The notes under the pieces: generated by a model
Seen by the model: only the letters and a program-made list of their open reading frames with translations
Database searches by the model: none
What the model was told of the DNA's origin: nothing
Position numbers and translations under genes: made by a program
From: Hydrolagus colliei
Taxonomy: Eukaryota
Length of the DNA: 64,000 nucleotides
Direction of reading: 5' to 3'
NCBI GenBank assembly: GCA_035084275.1
Contig: CM068748.1
Span: 7,130,001-7,194,000 of the forward strand
Shown: positions 14,213-26,379 of the stretch, piece by piece
How positions within the stretch are numbered: position 1 is the stretch's first letter
How the letters are laid out: each line of letters begins with the position of its first letter

Positions 14213-14530
14213 GGAGTCCTGTAGCTCAGTGGTTAGAGCACTCGCCTTACTAGTGTGAGACCTGTGTTCGAATCCAAGCAGGTCAGGGCAAAACCTTGGG
14301 CAACTTTCCTTACTCCACATGCCTGATAATAATCCTGCCCCCCAAAAAACAATAATAAAATTGGTCATTTCAATCCACGACTGTTTGTGGGACACTGCTG
14401 TGCGCAATTGGCTGCCGTGTTTTGCCCATAAACATACAGTCAATTCACTTTACCGTAAATTCTGTGAAGGGCTTTGAGTCATTTAGAAGGCATGAAAAGT
14501 GTGTTATCAAACAGCAAGGATTATTATTAT
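14213..14530 (+). mobile_element. Full-length tRNA-derived SINE (Pol III A/B boxes, Deu-like core, L2-like tail)
   Basis: ggagtcctgtagctcagtggttagagc (A box), gttcgaatcc (B box), core, (TAT)n tail; ataaaagg occurs at both flanks (possible target-site duplication). Confidence 0.92.
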
Positions 14531-15273
14531 AAAAGGTATGCAACAACAACAACTTCGATTTATATAGCGCCCTCCTCACTGGGCGGAGTCTCAGCATTTG
14601 TTTATGCATATAAACAAATCATGGTTAACCATCTCCCCCAAAAGTATATATATAATGTTTGTTATTTTTTGGATAGACCAGTTTGTAATTTGTTTTTGAA
14701 AAATATTTTATGCTCCATTAAAATAAGCTTTTCTTAACCTGATTTGGGCATGTATTTCCAGAGCCTAATGCCAAACATCTGATTAGTGTCCACCCTAAGG
14801 TTACTTGTGATTACATTCCTTTGTAAGGCATTGTGCACAGGGGCTGATGGTATCACTTGGCTAGTAGAATTTTGCGTTTTGTCAAATTTTGACCTGTGTT
14901 GCTTTACAATTAATTTTTAAAATGTTCCTTAATGTTGAAGAAAAATAAATAATAAACAAAATCTTCATTGGTATGAGAAAGTCCAAGACAATGGTTATCA
15001 TAGCATCTGAGTCTTTTTCCATAGTATGCTGGATTCATGCTTGTGACAACTCTACATGATACAAGCTTTCAACTATAGCTCTTACACAAAGATGTGTTTG
15101 CATAAGAAAAATGACGCCTAGTGTATTTAGGGGGACGTCCAGCAGCTTGAAACGTCCTTGGTGCTATACAAATGTAATTTTATTGTATTTTGTTGTTGTT
15201 TAACTTGCAATTCCCAATGTTATTCTTTTAAGCATATAAGAACTTTCCAATGAATAGGCAAAGGATCTTGGTA

Positions 15274-15484
15274 CAGTAAAAGCCCGTTTATCCGTGACCC
15301 GTTGAATCGTAACTTCCATATAACAGGCACATCAAAAAAAAAGTCCACATTCAATTAACCGGAATTTATTCGGAAAAATGCATTTTAAATTTTTTTGGGG
15401 GTGTGTTTTCAGCTGAATATCTGGCGCGTGCTTTAACCGGCATTGGCCAGGTCCTAAAGGTGCCGGATAAACAGACTTTTACTG
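15274..15484. mobile_element. Tc1/mariner-pogo (Tigger-like) MITE
   Basis: TA on both flanks; terminal inverted repeats cagtaaaagcccgtttatccg / cggataaacagacttttactg (19/21 match). Confidence 0.88.
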
Positions 15485-16389
15485 TACTTCATTCATGACA
15501 CAACCTGTTATTTCCACCTGCATAGTGGAATGCGATTGAGTGCAAGGCAGCAAACTCTTTTTGCATGGACTTTAAGTGGCAAGGCCTACTGCTTATTTAG
15601 TTGCTGGCAAAGCTCATTGATTGATGCTTGCATCCATTTGTTATCAACTGTTCGGTGGAGGTGATTGATCACTCCTGCATTCTGTGGCAGGCCATTTATC
15701 AGACTTTATATAAAGCTGCCCACAGCAAACTGTAAATTGGACTGTTGCTAAGCGTTTTTCTAATATTTTTATATTTTGTTTTGACTGTAAATGTGCTGAA
15801 GGGCAACATGCCTGTTTCAGATTTGCTTCGAAATAACACTTTTTTTACAGATAAACATAAAATCACCTCAGATTTATTTAAATAAGACAACTGAAAGGAA
15901 ATGATCACTCTCCGGAATTTAACTGTCTTTGGACAGTGTATACAACTTTAATTTTAATTGTTCAGTGGTAAATTTGAGAAACATTTCCATCCACGTAGTC
16001 TTTGTTTGAGTTCCAATTATGTTAACTACAGGTATTTCTAATTTAAACACTGTTGGGTGATACATAGTCTGAATGAAAAGATAATATCTTTGGAAGATAG
16101 TATTATCCAAAGGAACAAATGTGCAGGAGTATGGTTCAGGACATTTTATACCAATGGATGTTCAGATTGAGTGGAATGCAACACATCCAGTGTTGTCTAG
16201 TCTAAGGTATAGCTGACGTGTGACAATAAGTGAATGTATACCATTACAACAGCAACAACTTGCTTTTATATAGAACCCTTCACACTAGATGGGGTCTTGG
16301 AGCAATTAACAATGGCGGACTTTATAATACCACCGTTTGCATTATTATTGCACAAAAAAAGTTTGGGGATTAATTCAGTAGGTAAGACA

Positions 16390-16604
16390 TGTATATTTGT
16401 GGGCAAAACGCGGCAGCCAATTGCTTACAACAGTATTGCACAAACAGTCATGGATTGAAGTGAACGATTTATTATTTTTTCTTGAGGGATTATTATCAGG
16501 CGTGTGGAGTAAGGCAAATTTGCCCAAAGTTTGCCTTGCCGGGAATCAAACCCAGATCTCTCACTTGTGAGGCGAGTGCTCTAAACACTGAGCTACAGGA
16601 CTCC
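16390..16604 (-). mobile_element. tRNA-derived Deu-core SINE lacking tail
   Basis: antisense head ...gctctaaacactgagctacaggactcc plus core. Confidence 0.88.
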
Positions 16605-17594
16605 ACTGCATTATGTAAAATGTGTAATATTGCAGTATGTGAACGCTGCATTACATTATGGGGACATACTATAGGTGGATGATATTGTAGCTGAATAAAC
16701 CACTGATGAAAGCAATGTATGACTGTCAGATCTGGAAAATCTGTAATTTACAGTATTTCTCAAAACAAATTCCAAATAAGAAAGATGTAATCACTAAATT
16801 TCTAAAACATTGAATATAGAATGCATTCTTCATATTCATTGTTTTAGAGATCAAGACATACCCATTTGATCTGAAAACAGTGGCCCACCCAATAACGTTT
16901 AAGATGGCATTTTTAAAATGATCTGCTGCTTGAGACAAGCCCACAAATCATCATATGTTTGAAATTGCAGTTGTAAAAAGATTTCAAGACATAATATTCC
17001 CTGTGTATCTGCTGAAGGTTAAATGGCACATCACCTGGATTCTTTGACACAGCTATTATTGAAAGAGAATAAATGATTCGGTCAATGAACACATGCCGCA
17101 TTGTCAGCAAATGTCCTTGCCCTTGCACAAGAGCATCACAGTAACTTGCAGAATTGCTCTAAGGCTGAAAGACAAACACTTGTATCAAAGAACAGTAACT
17201 TTTGTTGATTTTACGTTTGCAAACTATATCAAACAAAGAAAATCCAATAAGGTGAAAATTCTAATTTTAAGACAAAAGTATTTTTTGGTAGTTAGAAGTA
17301 ACCTTCTGATCTGAGCCTGGTACTAGCTGAGTAACAATTTATCCAAATGAAAGTGACACGAGTAGAATCTAAGGCATTTATTCCCCAGTATCTAATTTCT
17401 GATATTCATGTACTGTACATGTGAACTTAGAAACTGAAACAATGTTTCCTGTAGAGTTGTGTCAGAGAGGCAAGAAGTGTGCATGACTTTCCTTATGACG
17501 TGACTTGCTGCGATTCATGATACGAAGGGTAACGTTAACTAAAGGAAAGATCACACTTGGTATTGTGTTATTCCTCTTAACCGCCTGCTTGTGT

Positions 17595-18108
17595 AAAATG
17601 CACTGACTATCTCATGCCCCAACTGCCGAGACCCTCATACACTCATTCATACCATCCAGATCTATACAGCCCGTGTCTTCTTCCATAACAGGGACCGTGA
17701 CCCTGCCACTCTCATCCTTGCCTGATTCCACTGGCTTCCCATCACCCAGAGGATACGGTTCAAAATACTGCTCCTCACCTTCAAAGCCCTCCTCTCTACC
17801 TCTGCAACTTTCTAACCCTCTACCAACTTGCCAGCTCCCTGCACTCAGTGAGCTCCGGACTGCTTCACATCTTCCTTCTCGCTCGCCCCATCATTGGTGG
17901 GTGGGTAGGCCTCAGTCACTCTGCCCCCACCTTTTGGAACTCCATCCCACACTCCCTCGCTCCCTTGCCTTCTTCAAGATCCGTTTCAAGACCTTCCTCT
18001 TCGACCGTGCCTTTGTTCACCCTCTTTCACTCCCCACTGCCCTCCACCCTCCCCGATCCTGACTCCCAGCTCGGGTCCGAATCACTAATTGTTCAGCGCC
18101 TTGAGACG
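17595..18108 (+). mobile_element. L2-clade LINE 3' fragment
   Basis: C-rich decayed ORF2 end (HWLP; FKIRFKTFLFDRAF) and partial tail gttcagcgccttgagacg. Confidence 0.85.
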
Positions 18109-18523
18109 CCTTGAGCAGAGAAGATTGAGGGGAGACCTAATAGAGGTTTATAAGATCATGAGGGGTTTCGACAGGGCAAATAGAGAAAAACTATTTCCAC
18201 TCATGGGCGAATCTGTGACTCGTGGTCACAGATTTAAAATAGTTTCAAGGCGAAGTAGAGGGGAGCTGAGGAGAAATGTTTTCACTCAGCAAGTTGTTCG
18301 AATCTGGAATGCATTGCCTGAAAAGGTGGTGGAGGCTGATTCGATAACAACTTTTAAAAGGGAATTAGATCTTTATTTAGGGAGAACAGGTCTATTAGGC
18401 TATGGGGAGCGGGCAGGGCAGTGGGATTGAATCGCTCTTTTCAAAGAGCCGGCACAGACTAGATGGGCCGAATGGTCTCCTTTTGTGCCGTAAAATTCTA
18501 TGAATCTATGAATCTATGAATCT
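18109..18523 (+). mobile_element. CR1 LINE 3' end, relatively young, 5'-truncated
   Basis: stop-free ORF2 C-terminus LEQRRLRGDLIEVYKIMRG...WNALPEKVVEA...GYGERAGQWD*, 3' UTR hairpin and (ATCTATGA)n tail. Confidence 0.93.
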
Positions 18524-18559
18524 TTCGCCCACTAATACAGTTACTTTTCCTACTATGCT

Positions 18560-18720
18560 TTATCCTGCCCTGATCCTTCCCACCCTGCTCTTGTCCTACC
18601 TGACTGTACAGCGCCTTGGGATGTCCTCTCGACGTGAAAGGCGCTATATAAATGTAAGTTTTGTTTGTTTGTTCCTGATGTGAAAGGTGCTATACAAATG
18701 TAATTTGGTTGTTGTTGTTT
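18560..18720 (+). mobile_element. L2 3' tail, partly duplicated in tandem
   Basis: cagcgccttgggatgtcc...gtgaaaggcgctatataaatgtaag followed by a second gtgaaaggtgctatacaaatgtaa + (TTG)n. Confidence 0.8.
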
Positions 18721-19522
18721 GGGGAGCAGCCACAAGCTGACCTCTGAGTTTCATTTTGTTTGCTACTGTTGCTGTGAAACTGCTACTACAAACATCTCAG
18801 ACTTGCCTTTTCAGGAAAAAATAGGCAGGAGTGTCTTTGCCAACAGTAGAGATATTCCCCTGTGGGTTTAGAAAGATTTGAAATTATGCATACTGAGCCA
18901 TGGATTTCACCGCAGTTTTTTTTACATAAGGGTCTGATTTGTAGAGATAATTTTTTTTTTCTGGTCTTCAAATGAAAAATAATGCCCTTTAGACTTGCCA
19001 TAAACTTTGCTAAGTTAGTGTGCTGTGATCAGTCAGAAGGAATTGTACAGTTATATAACATAGAAAAGAGTGGACATAACAATAACACTATAATCTTTTT
19101 ATCTTCTCCACCCTGACTAGTCTTGCAGATTAAAATATTCTTTATCCCTTGGGTTATAATTATGAGTATAAACTGGCTGCACTGAGGAATCATTAATTTT
19201 AGCGCTTGTAGTTAAAAACATTTTAAGCAAATGGTTGGAGTTGGTCTCTGATACCACAGACACAATAGGTTGTGGTTATCCCATGTATTACACCTTTGCC
19301 AAAGCCCTTTCAACAGATCTCCATGCACTTTTGATAAATTCCATTACATTTCTCAAATATAATTCTACAGAATGGTTAAAATATCACATGTAGTTACCTT
19401 TCCTACCTTCTTCTGTCAACCTTTTACATCGACTTCTGCACAGGTTCCATATATTATTAATTCTCTCTTATTTCTGGTTAAGTACACAGGAAATGATGTG
19501 AATCATGAATCCTCAAACCAGC

Positions 19523-19831
19523 ACCCGTTGCCTTCGCTCCACTGGGTCTGGCCTCCTCCATGTCCCCCGAATCCTCCGCTCCACCCTTGGTGGCCGTGCC
19601 TTCAGCCGCTATGCCCTGAGGCTCTGGAATTTCCTTCCTCACTACCTTCGCCTCCCCCCTCTCTTCCCAGTTTCAGGTCCCAGCTGAAGACCTTTCTCTT
19701 CAACCGCACCTTTGGTCACCTTTCTACCCCTGCCCCTGGCTCAGTCCCGGGATCCACTATTGTGAAGCGCTCTGAGACGCCGTCCGGCGTGGAGGGCGCT
19801 ATATAAATCGAACTTGTTGTTTTTGTTGTTC
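19523..19831 (+). mobile_element. L2 LINE 3' fragment with tail
   Basis: LRSTGSGLLHVPR...GGRAFS...LWNFLP; tail gagggcgctatataaatcgaac(TTG)n. Confidence 0.9.
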
Positions 19832-20139
19832 TTGAATCTGTTTCATTCAACCCATTGATTTTGATTATTATCTCGGGATGATCACATTTCTATTCATTAT
19901 TTGGGGCATTTGCAAACTATGCAGTGAAATACTATACAGTACACAATCATCCAAGGAAATATCTGACTATTTTTGATGGGTTTTTTCTGATCTATGGGAA
20001 ATGTAGTTTAGCTGCACTATTATGTCCCGCCTTCTGTTGTGTGACAAAAATAATCCTTGCTTTTGATATACAGTATTCCCTTATTAAAAGCATCAAGGCT
20101 TCAAACAAGGTTTTTTTTCTGTAAAGTGCAAACCTATTG

Positions 20140-20460
20140 GCAAATGCAGCAGCAAATTTACTCTTAGCAAACTAATTTATTCATTTCCACAAACAAGATT
20201 GAAGCGTATGACCAATCTCGGGAATTATTGGCAAGACACCAAGAGAACTGCCTTCTCTTTTCAAATAGCGCCATAGGATCTTTAGCATCTACTGAACAGA
20301 TCGATTAAATGGTTTAATGACTCATCTGAATGCTGGTATCTCCAACAATGCAAAGTATCCCCAGCTCTGCACTGGAGTATCAACAACAATAACAACAAAA
20401 TTACATCCTTATGAGAAAACTTATGAGCTCAAAGTTCTGACTTCAGGCATGAACCCACAA
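20140..20460 (-). mobile_element. Older DeuSINE (same family as 8800-9232)
   Basis: caaatagcgccataggatcttt...ggtttaatgactcatctgaa...ctccaacaatgca...ctgcactggagt. Confidence 0.6.
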
Positions 20461-20806
20461 AACAACAACAAAATTACACTTGTATAGTGCCTTTCACGTC
20501 ATGAGGATGTCCCAAGGAGTTGAAACCCTTTGACTCAGAGATGAGAACAGTACCCACTGAACCAGGGACACATATTCAAAATGCTGCTACAAATCTTTTC
20601 TTTTTTAGTAGGCCTGACAACAAAATGAAAAAACAAAGCATCATGGAATGACTCTAGCAGGAAAAGCAAACTAGTGAGAAAGGAACCAGTGGCAAAAGTT
20701 TCACTTATTTTAGGATTGACTACATCAAGATACATGTTATGTGATTAAAAGGGTTACAATAAAGGTTTACCAAATTGAATGGAAGGTTGATTTTAAAAAT
20801 GAAGAG

Positions 20807-20842
<36 letters not shown>

Positions 20843-20907
20843 CATCAATCAATCAATCAGCCAGTCAATCAATCAGCCAGTCAATCAATCAATCAATCAA
20901 CCAATCA
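20807..20907 (+). repeat. (TCAA)n microsatellite, imperfect
   Basis: aatcaatcaatc... with cagccagt interruptions; abuts an antisense L2 tail. Confidence 0.97.
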
Positions 20908-21023
20908 AAACTTCCATTTATATAGCACCTTTCTCATCAAGAGGATGTCCCAAGGCATTTTACAGTTAGCTAGGGACAAGAGTAGGTGGGGAGATGTCGG
21001 GGCAAGATGAAGAAGAGTAGGAA

Positions 21024-21096
21024 AATTGACTGTATATTTGTGGGAGAAACGCAGCAGCCAAATTGCGCACAGCAGTATCCCACAAACAGTCATGGA
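21024..21096 (-). mobile_element. Deu-core SINE fragment
   Basis: gcagccaaattgcgcacagcagtatcccacaaacagtcatgga. Confidence 0.8.
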
Positions 21097-22211
21097 AGTA
21101 GGATTAGGGGAAAAAGGGGGGAAGGATGGCAAGGGGAGGGGTCGGGGTAGGGGGAAGGAGAGCAGGAAAGCCGACTAAACACTTGTGGGCAAAACACAGC
21201 ACAAGGACCTCATCATTAAGAAACTTGGTAACCCAGAACTCAATATTCCAAGGACCTCAATATATATATATATATTTAATAGGGATTTTTTTTAAAAAAG
21301 TTAGTGCTTGTAAATATGGCGGTCTTAAAAGGCATGTATTGCTAATATGGCATGTGCAGCTTGTCTAAATTTACTGGAAAGTCCGAACATAATAATAAAA
21401 CCTGGAGAACAGGATGTCAAAATCAACCCTCCCCCACCACCCCCTCACAAAGATGCAGTATAGAAAGGCAATACAAAACATTTACATCCACCCAGTGAAT
21501 AATTGATTTTATCATCCTTCTTTCAAACACATCTTGCGTTGTCTTGACTTTACAATCAAATGTGATTACATTTAGTGTTTGGCCACATTTAAAAATAAAA
21601 ATAAACTTTGGGAATAATATTATTAGATCTTTAAAAATTTTCAAAGTTGGACTCCTTGCAGGGTTACATTTGTGAGCTTAAATGGGTTGATCTCCAGCAA
21701 ATAGTGGCTTCTAGTTTTCTGGTGATCTCTCATAAATTAAGTAGAGTAAAGCTGGATTTCACCATTGGGCAATAGATTCCTTCACCATTTCTGAAGTGCC
21801 AGGAGCCGGGTTTCTGTCTGCAGGTTGAGTGTCCCAATTTGACCCTCTGTCTCATAATGAAATACCTTGAACTAAACTAACGTCTTGATCTACTGATAAA
21901 AGAAAGCCAATGCTATTTTACTGTTGAGTCATGAACAACATATATGTATCATATATTGCAATAGATAAAACCATGCACACACTGGGCTAATCTCTTTTAC
22001 CAGTCACGCTCGCATATCGAGCAAATAAGCTACAGAATGGTGGAGTGATCAAGTGTGCTCTCTAATTCCTTCTTCAAGACTATCCCTCATAGCGGCTGCA
22101 AATTGCTGGATGCACAAAGCAACAGAAAATCAGGGATATTGTATTAAATATTGGTTGAAAAAATAGGTCTTAGGGATAGACGGAGGGAGAGGATAGGGAC
22201 ATAAAATAGTA

Positions 22212-22268
22212 AGTTAACACGCTTAATTCATATTCATTCCTGGCACTGGATCTAGTGATTACTTACAA
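22212..22268 (+). repeat. 57-bp exact direct repeat, copy 1
   Basis: agttaacacgcttaattcatattcattcctggcactggatctagtgattacttacaa, identical to 23028-23084. Confidence 0.97.
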
Positions 22269-22842
22269 ACGTCTAAGAATACATTGAATAGCGTACAGTC
22301 TTCTCTTGGTGCGAGGCTTGATTTGTAGACCTGGAGTGCTGGTTAATAGGTCAATTATACAAATGGAGCTGAAGAAGGAGAGAGAAGAAAGATTAGCATG
22401 ATGGAAATTAATGAAGAAAGGAAATGAATCATGTCGTCTGCAGGTTAGTTAAAACCAGTGACGCAACAACCTAGAATGTCACGCCTGAGCTAAAGTATGA
22501 TCTGGTGTATGCAGGCTGCCAATACTCTGTGTTAGCTGAAGGACATGAGTCACTGGTGTGATGTGTGAGAGCCCCCCTTTGGAGTCATCCTATCTGTGCT
22601 TTTATCTGTAAGTGATGGTAACCTGACCGACTGCCAGGACATCTGAATATCTGTCTTATTTGTAGCTTGCAAAAAAGCATGATAGATATGTGTTTCTGTC
22701 ACAGTGTGATGCATTGATCTTAGCAGCTGCCGACTGACAGTTAATGTAGGCAAGTGTGTGCTGTGTTATCATTCTGTGAGCCTGAAGTATCTTATTCGAG
22801 ATAGTCGTACAGTCACTTGCAGCGACTAGCTACGAGGACACT

Positions 22843-22861
22843 ATGGATGATTCCTTTGTAA
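22843..22861 (+). CDS. Candidate alternative first coding exon MDDSFV(K)
   Basis: actATGG strong Kozak; GTAA|gtaagt donor in phase 1, compatible with the acceptor at 36711. Confidence 0.45.
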
Positions 22862-23027
22862 GTAAGTCGGTGGCTTTTCCTTTCAATCTGATTTTTTTAA
22901 TCTCTTGTGGAATTTGATATGATTTTAGAATAAATTTTCAAGGGAAGTTATCCACACTCACCGACAGATTGATTCAGACTTTAATTTTGCAGAATGGGAG
23001 AGATCCCTCTCCATACATCAGTGCTGT

Positions 23028-23084
23028 AGTTAACACGCTTAATTCATATTCATTCCTGGCACTGGATCTAGTGATTACTTACAA
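23028..23084 (+). repeat. 57-bp exact direct repeat, copy 2
   Basis: identical to 22212-22268, offset 816 bp. Confidence 0.97.
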
Positions 23085-23669
23085 GTGGTCGGGTTTCATT
23101 TTTTTTATTTGTCTCTTATTGTTTTGATTTTATTGTGGTGGTAAATTTAGAATGAATAGAAATTTAATCTAAATGGTTAGAAATCTACAAAGTCCTTACT
23201 GGCTTTCTGGTACGCTTATTGTAGTGTGATGATGAATGGCACTGCTTGCAGGAGGAAATTGCCTATTTGAACTCCATTCATGTTACATTCCACCTGTTAT
23301 ACAATTGTATGGTCACAATATTGCAGTACAAAGCTGAAATCAAGGGATTTTGTTGAGTTCAGTGTATAAATATTTAATTAGTTTAGGATTTTACATGGGG
23401 ATTTGTAATGTCTTCTGCTACTATAATGACAACACATTCTTTTAACTCTGAGAGCATCCTAAAGACAGTTTATTATTCTGAAATTAAATGTTTTGACAGT
23501 ATCCCTGCTTCTGTAAAGAATACCATTGATAAATAATGTTACTTTTTATTGCCTGTACGCTATGATAAGACCTTGGTTTAATCCTTTGACTATAGAAAAT
23601 GCTTACTTTCAAAGTATGTGAATATTTTTACTCCTAACCTTTATGAAGAATAATTATTTAGTCTAATTC

Positions 23670-23865
23670 CGCAGCCCCTGTACCTTGCCCTTTCCCTTCC
23701 CTCCTTCAAGACCTGTCTCAAGACACTACTTTTCAAATGTGCCTTTGGTTACCCTCCATCTCCCCTCCCCTCTACCTTCCTCAGTCCCGAGCTTGGGACC
23801 GTAATACTGATTGTCCAGCATCTTTTGGTGTCTTCCCGGTGTGAGCAGTACAAATGTAATTTTGT
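23670..23865 (+). mobile_element. L2 3' fragment
   Basis: ttcaagacctgtctcaagacac...gcctttgg and decayed tail. Confidence 0.75.
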
Positions 23866-26379
23866 AGTCATATCTAATAACTGACATACAGTAGTAAGGT
23901 ACAATTTGATCAAATATACCAGAGTAGTCTGGGAATAAATTATACATAAAGTACAGAAATTCTACGGCATCAATAATCATACTTTCAAAATGAAGTTAAT
24001 GGATTGAAAGAGAAAAACCATGTCTGATATTTACTCAAAGATGGATATCATAAAGTAATTTATTGGAAATGTTAAATGGATGCAATATTGGATCATCTGC
24101 CCCTTTTGGATGTATTGAAAATGAATAATGATTCTAATTAGGACAATTAAAATTACTTAAAGCTGGTCATCTTCAAAACTGCCAATGTTTTCAAACCTCA
24201 TGCGTTTTCACTGTATTTTCCAGGAATAAATAATTGTGACCACCAACGCCTTGGGACGTCCTCCTGATGTGAAAGGCGCTATACAAGTGTAATTTTGTTG
24301 TTGTTGTTCACAAATGAGTGATTTTGTGAAGATTGATTTATCTTTGACACATAGGATGGCGCCACCTGGTGCCATCAGAGGAGGTTTCAAGTTCAAACTC
24401 GGAGGGCATGAGGGAATAAGATGACTACCTGAGCAGGAATACCAAAATATCATGTAATCCCCATGTACGAGTGTAGATATTTATTGATAACATTGCTGTG
24501 TCAATGATAAGGGAGGTGGAAGAAGTCGGCAGAAAGGTTGAGAGAGGTATTACATGCAGAGGAAGGGGGTGTGGAGGCAGGATTGAATTTGAGACATCCA
24601 AGTGTTTATTTGATTTGACTAGAATGAGCTGGGTATCTAATGTTTTATTTAACACTCCATGAATGCTTCAGGATGCAAATTGCAGCATCTGCTCAATATT
24701 GTCTGTCACCATTGGATAGAAATAACAAATACCAATTCCAGTCTAAAATTGATTTGGTCCATTACGGTTCTTGTGGTTTTAATCAGTGATGTTTGACTTC
24801 TGTTTATTTGAAACATTTTCCTGTACTTTCACAACACCACTTTTAGTGCTCAAATCATGTCTTACTTGCCACAGTGGCAAAGGCCAGTCTTGTGGGGGTT
24901 TGAATCTGATCTCTGGTTGTATGGTAATGTGGAACAATATTCCATCCTTGGAAGTCAAACAAGAGGAAAATCATGTACTGTGTCCAATTCCTTGCAGTCC
25001 AAAAATCCTACGTTCAATCATTGGTGCTCCAGCAGAAGCTGAATAGAGGAGGTTTACATTAATACATTTCTCTGGGAATGTGTGGGCACAATATTACAAA
25101 TTAAAGTCAAGTTTTGTAACTGCTTTACTTTGAAAAGCTCTGTACTTTGTTATCATAGTGTCAAGGTAGAATAATATTTGTTTTTATCCTTTTTGTGATT
25201 ATTTTGCCCCTTTTTTAAGTTGCTTTGTAATGATAATATTATTGAATACACTCCCCCCCCCCCCCCCTCCCCCCCACACACAAACTCTCTCTCTATCTAC
25301 CGTGTGCAATTCTGCCTCTGCATATGACCCATAGCTGGGTCTTGGCCATCTGGACTAAATGGCTACTCATAAGTACAGCAAAGCAGCCTAGGATGAGTCA
25401 TATTGAAATAATAGATAACAAACACATGTTATTGCCAACACGTACCAAGACATCAGGTTTCCCTCAACTTGAACCCCGTCTTTTCTCTCTGTATGTGAAT
25501 TTGAACCTGAAGTGACCTGAATTTGCCAACTTTGGGTATTTCCTTTTGGAGCCAGGATGATGGTCTTGTTTGTATGACTACACGGCTGACGTTCCTCCTT
25601 GCACTTCACTGTGTTTTCTTCCTTCATTTTATAAAGATCCTAATCATGGTAAGCATCAACAGTCGGATACGGATAAAGGGTTTAAGACTGTCATAATATA
25701 TAAGCTTTGTGCCTTTGTGAAGAAGTAGCATATCTAGCTTAAATGATAGGAGATTCAGTAATATTGTCATTTCTATTGTATGACAACATATATTTTAAGC
25801 AATAAACATACAGCCTGCTCGCTGATAGCTGCCATTATATACCTGCTCTGTCCAATTTTGTTTGTTTCTCCACAAGCTTGTTCTATGAAATTTAAAACAG
25901 TAAAAAAAATTGCAGGTTTAGTCCAAAGTCTGTTCGTGCATGCCAGCAGAATATTAATGAACCCAACATCTTATTGTTGGAAACTGGTCATTGTTATTAT
26001 AAGAGGGTCATCTCAACATTCACAACTTTTAGAATCTAGCCAGGATAAATATTTTCAGTCATTCTTGAACCTTCCTATTATTGTAGCTATAAACCATGGT
26101 GTACTTTATAGTTTTCCTTTTTAGTGCATGTAATGTATAAAATGTAATCAATACCACACTGTATCACTCTGTTTATACTGCTGGAAGCAAAGTGACTTTG
26201 CATCCAGTAGTAAAACAAAACAAAGCAGGAAGCCTTTATACTTCTCAGTTCCCATTATATTCGCAGCATTCCCAAACTAGGGATGTCTCTTAATCTTAGT
26301 GTAAGGAGCAGGTCTGGCGACCAGCTTTAACAGTCAGTTATGCAACAGCATCTTTAAAATAACATTAAAAATAGTTCAT

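Noticed and set aside
14213-14285. tRNA gene
   Set aside because: The A/B boxes continue into a SINE core and tail, with several diverged copies in the window; it is a SINE head.
20741-21010. SINQ-repeat protein or CRISPR-like array
   Set aside because: It is the translation of a (TCAA)n microsatellite, with no repeat-spacer structure.
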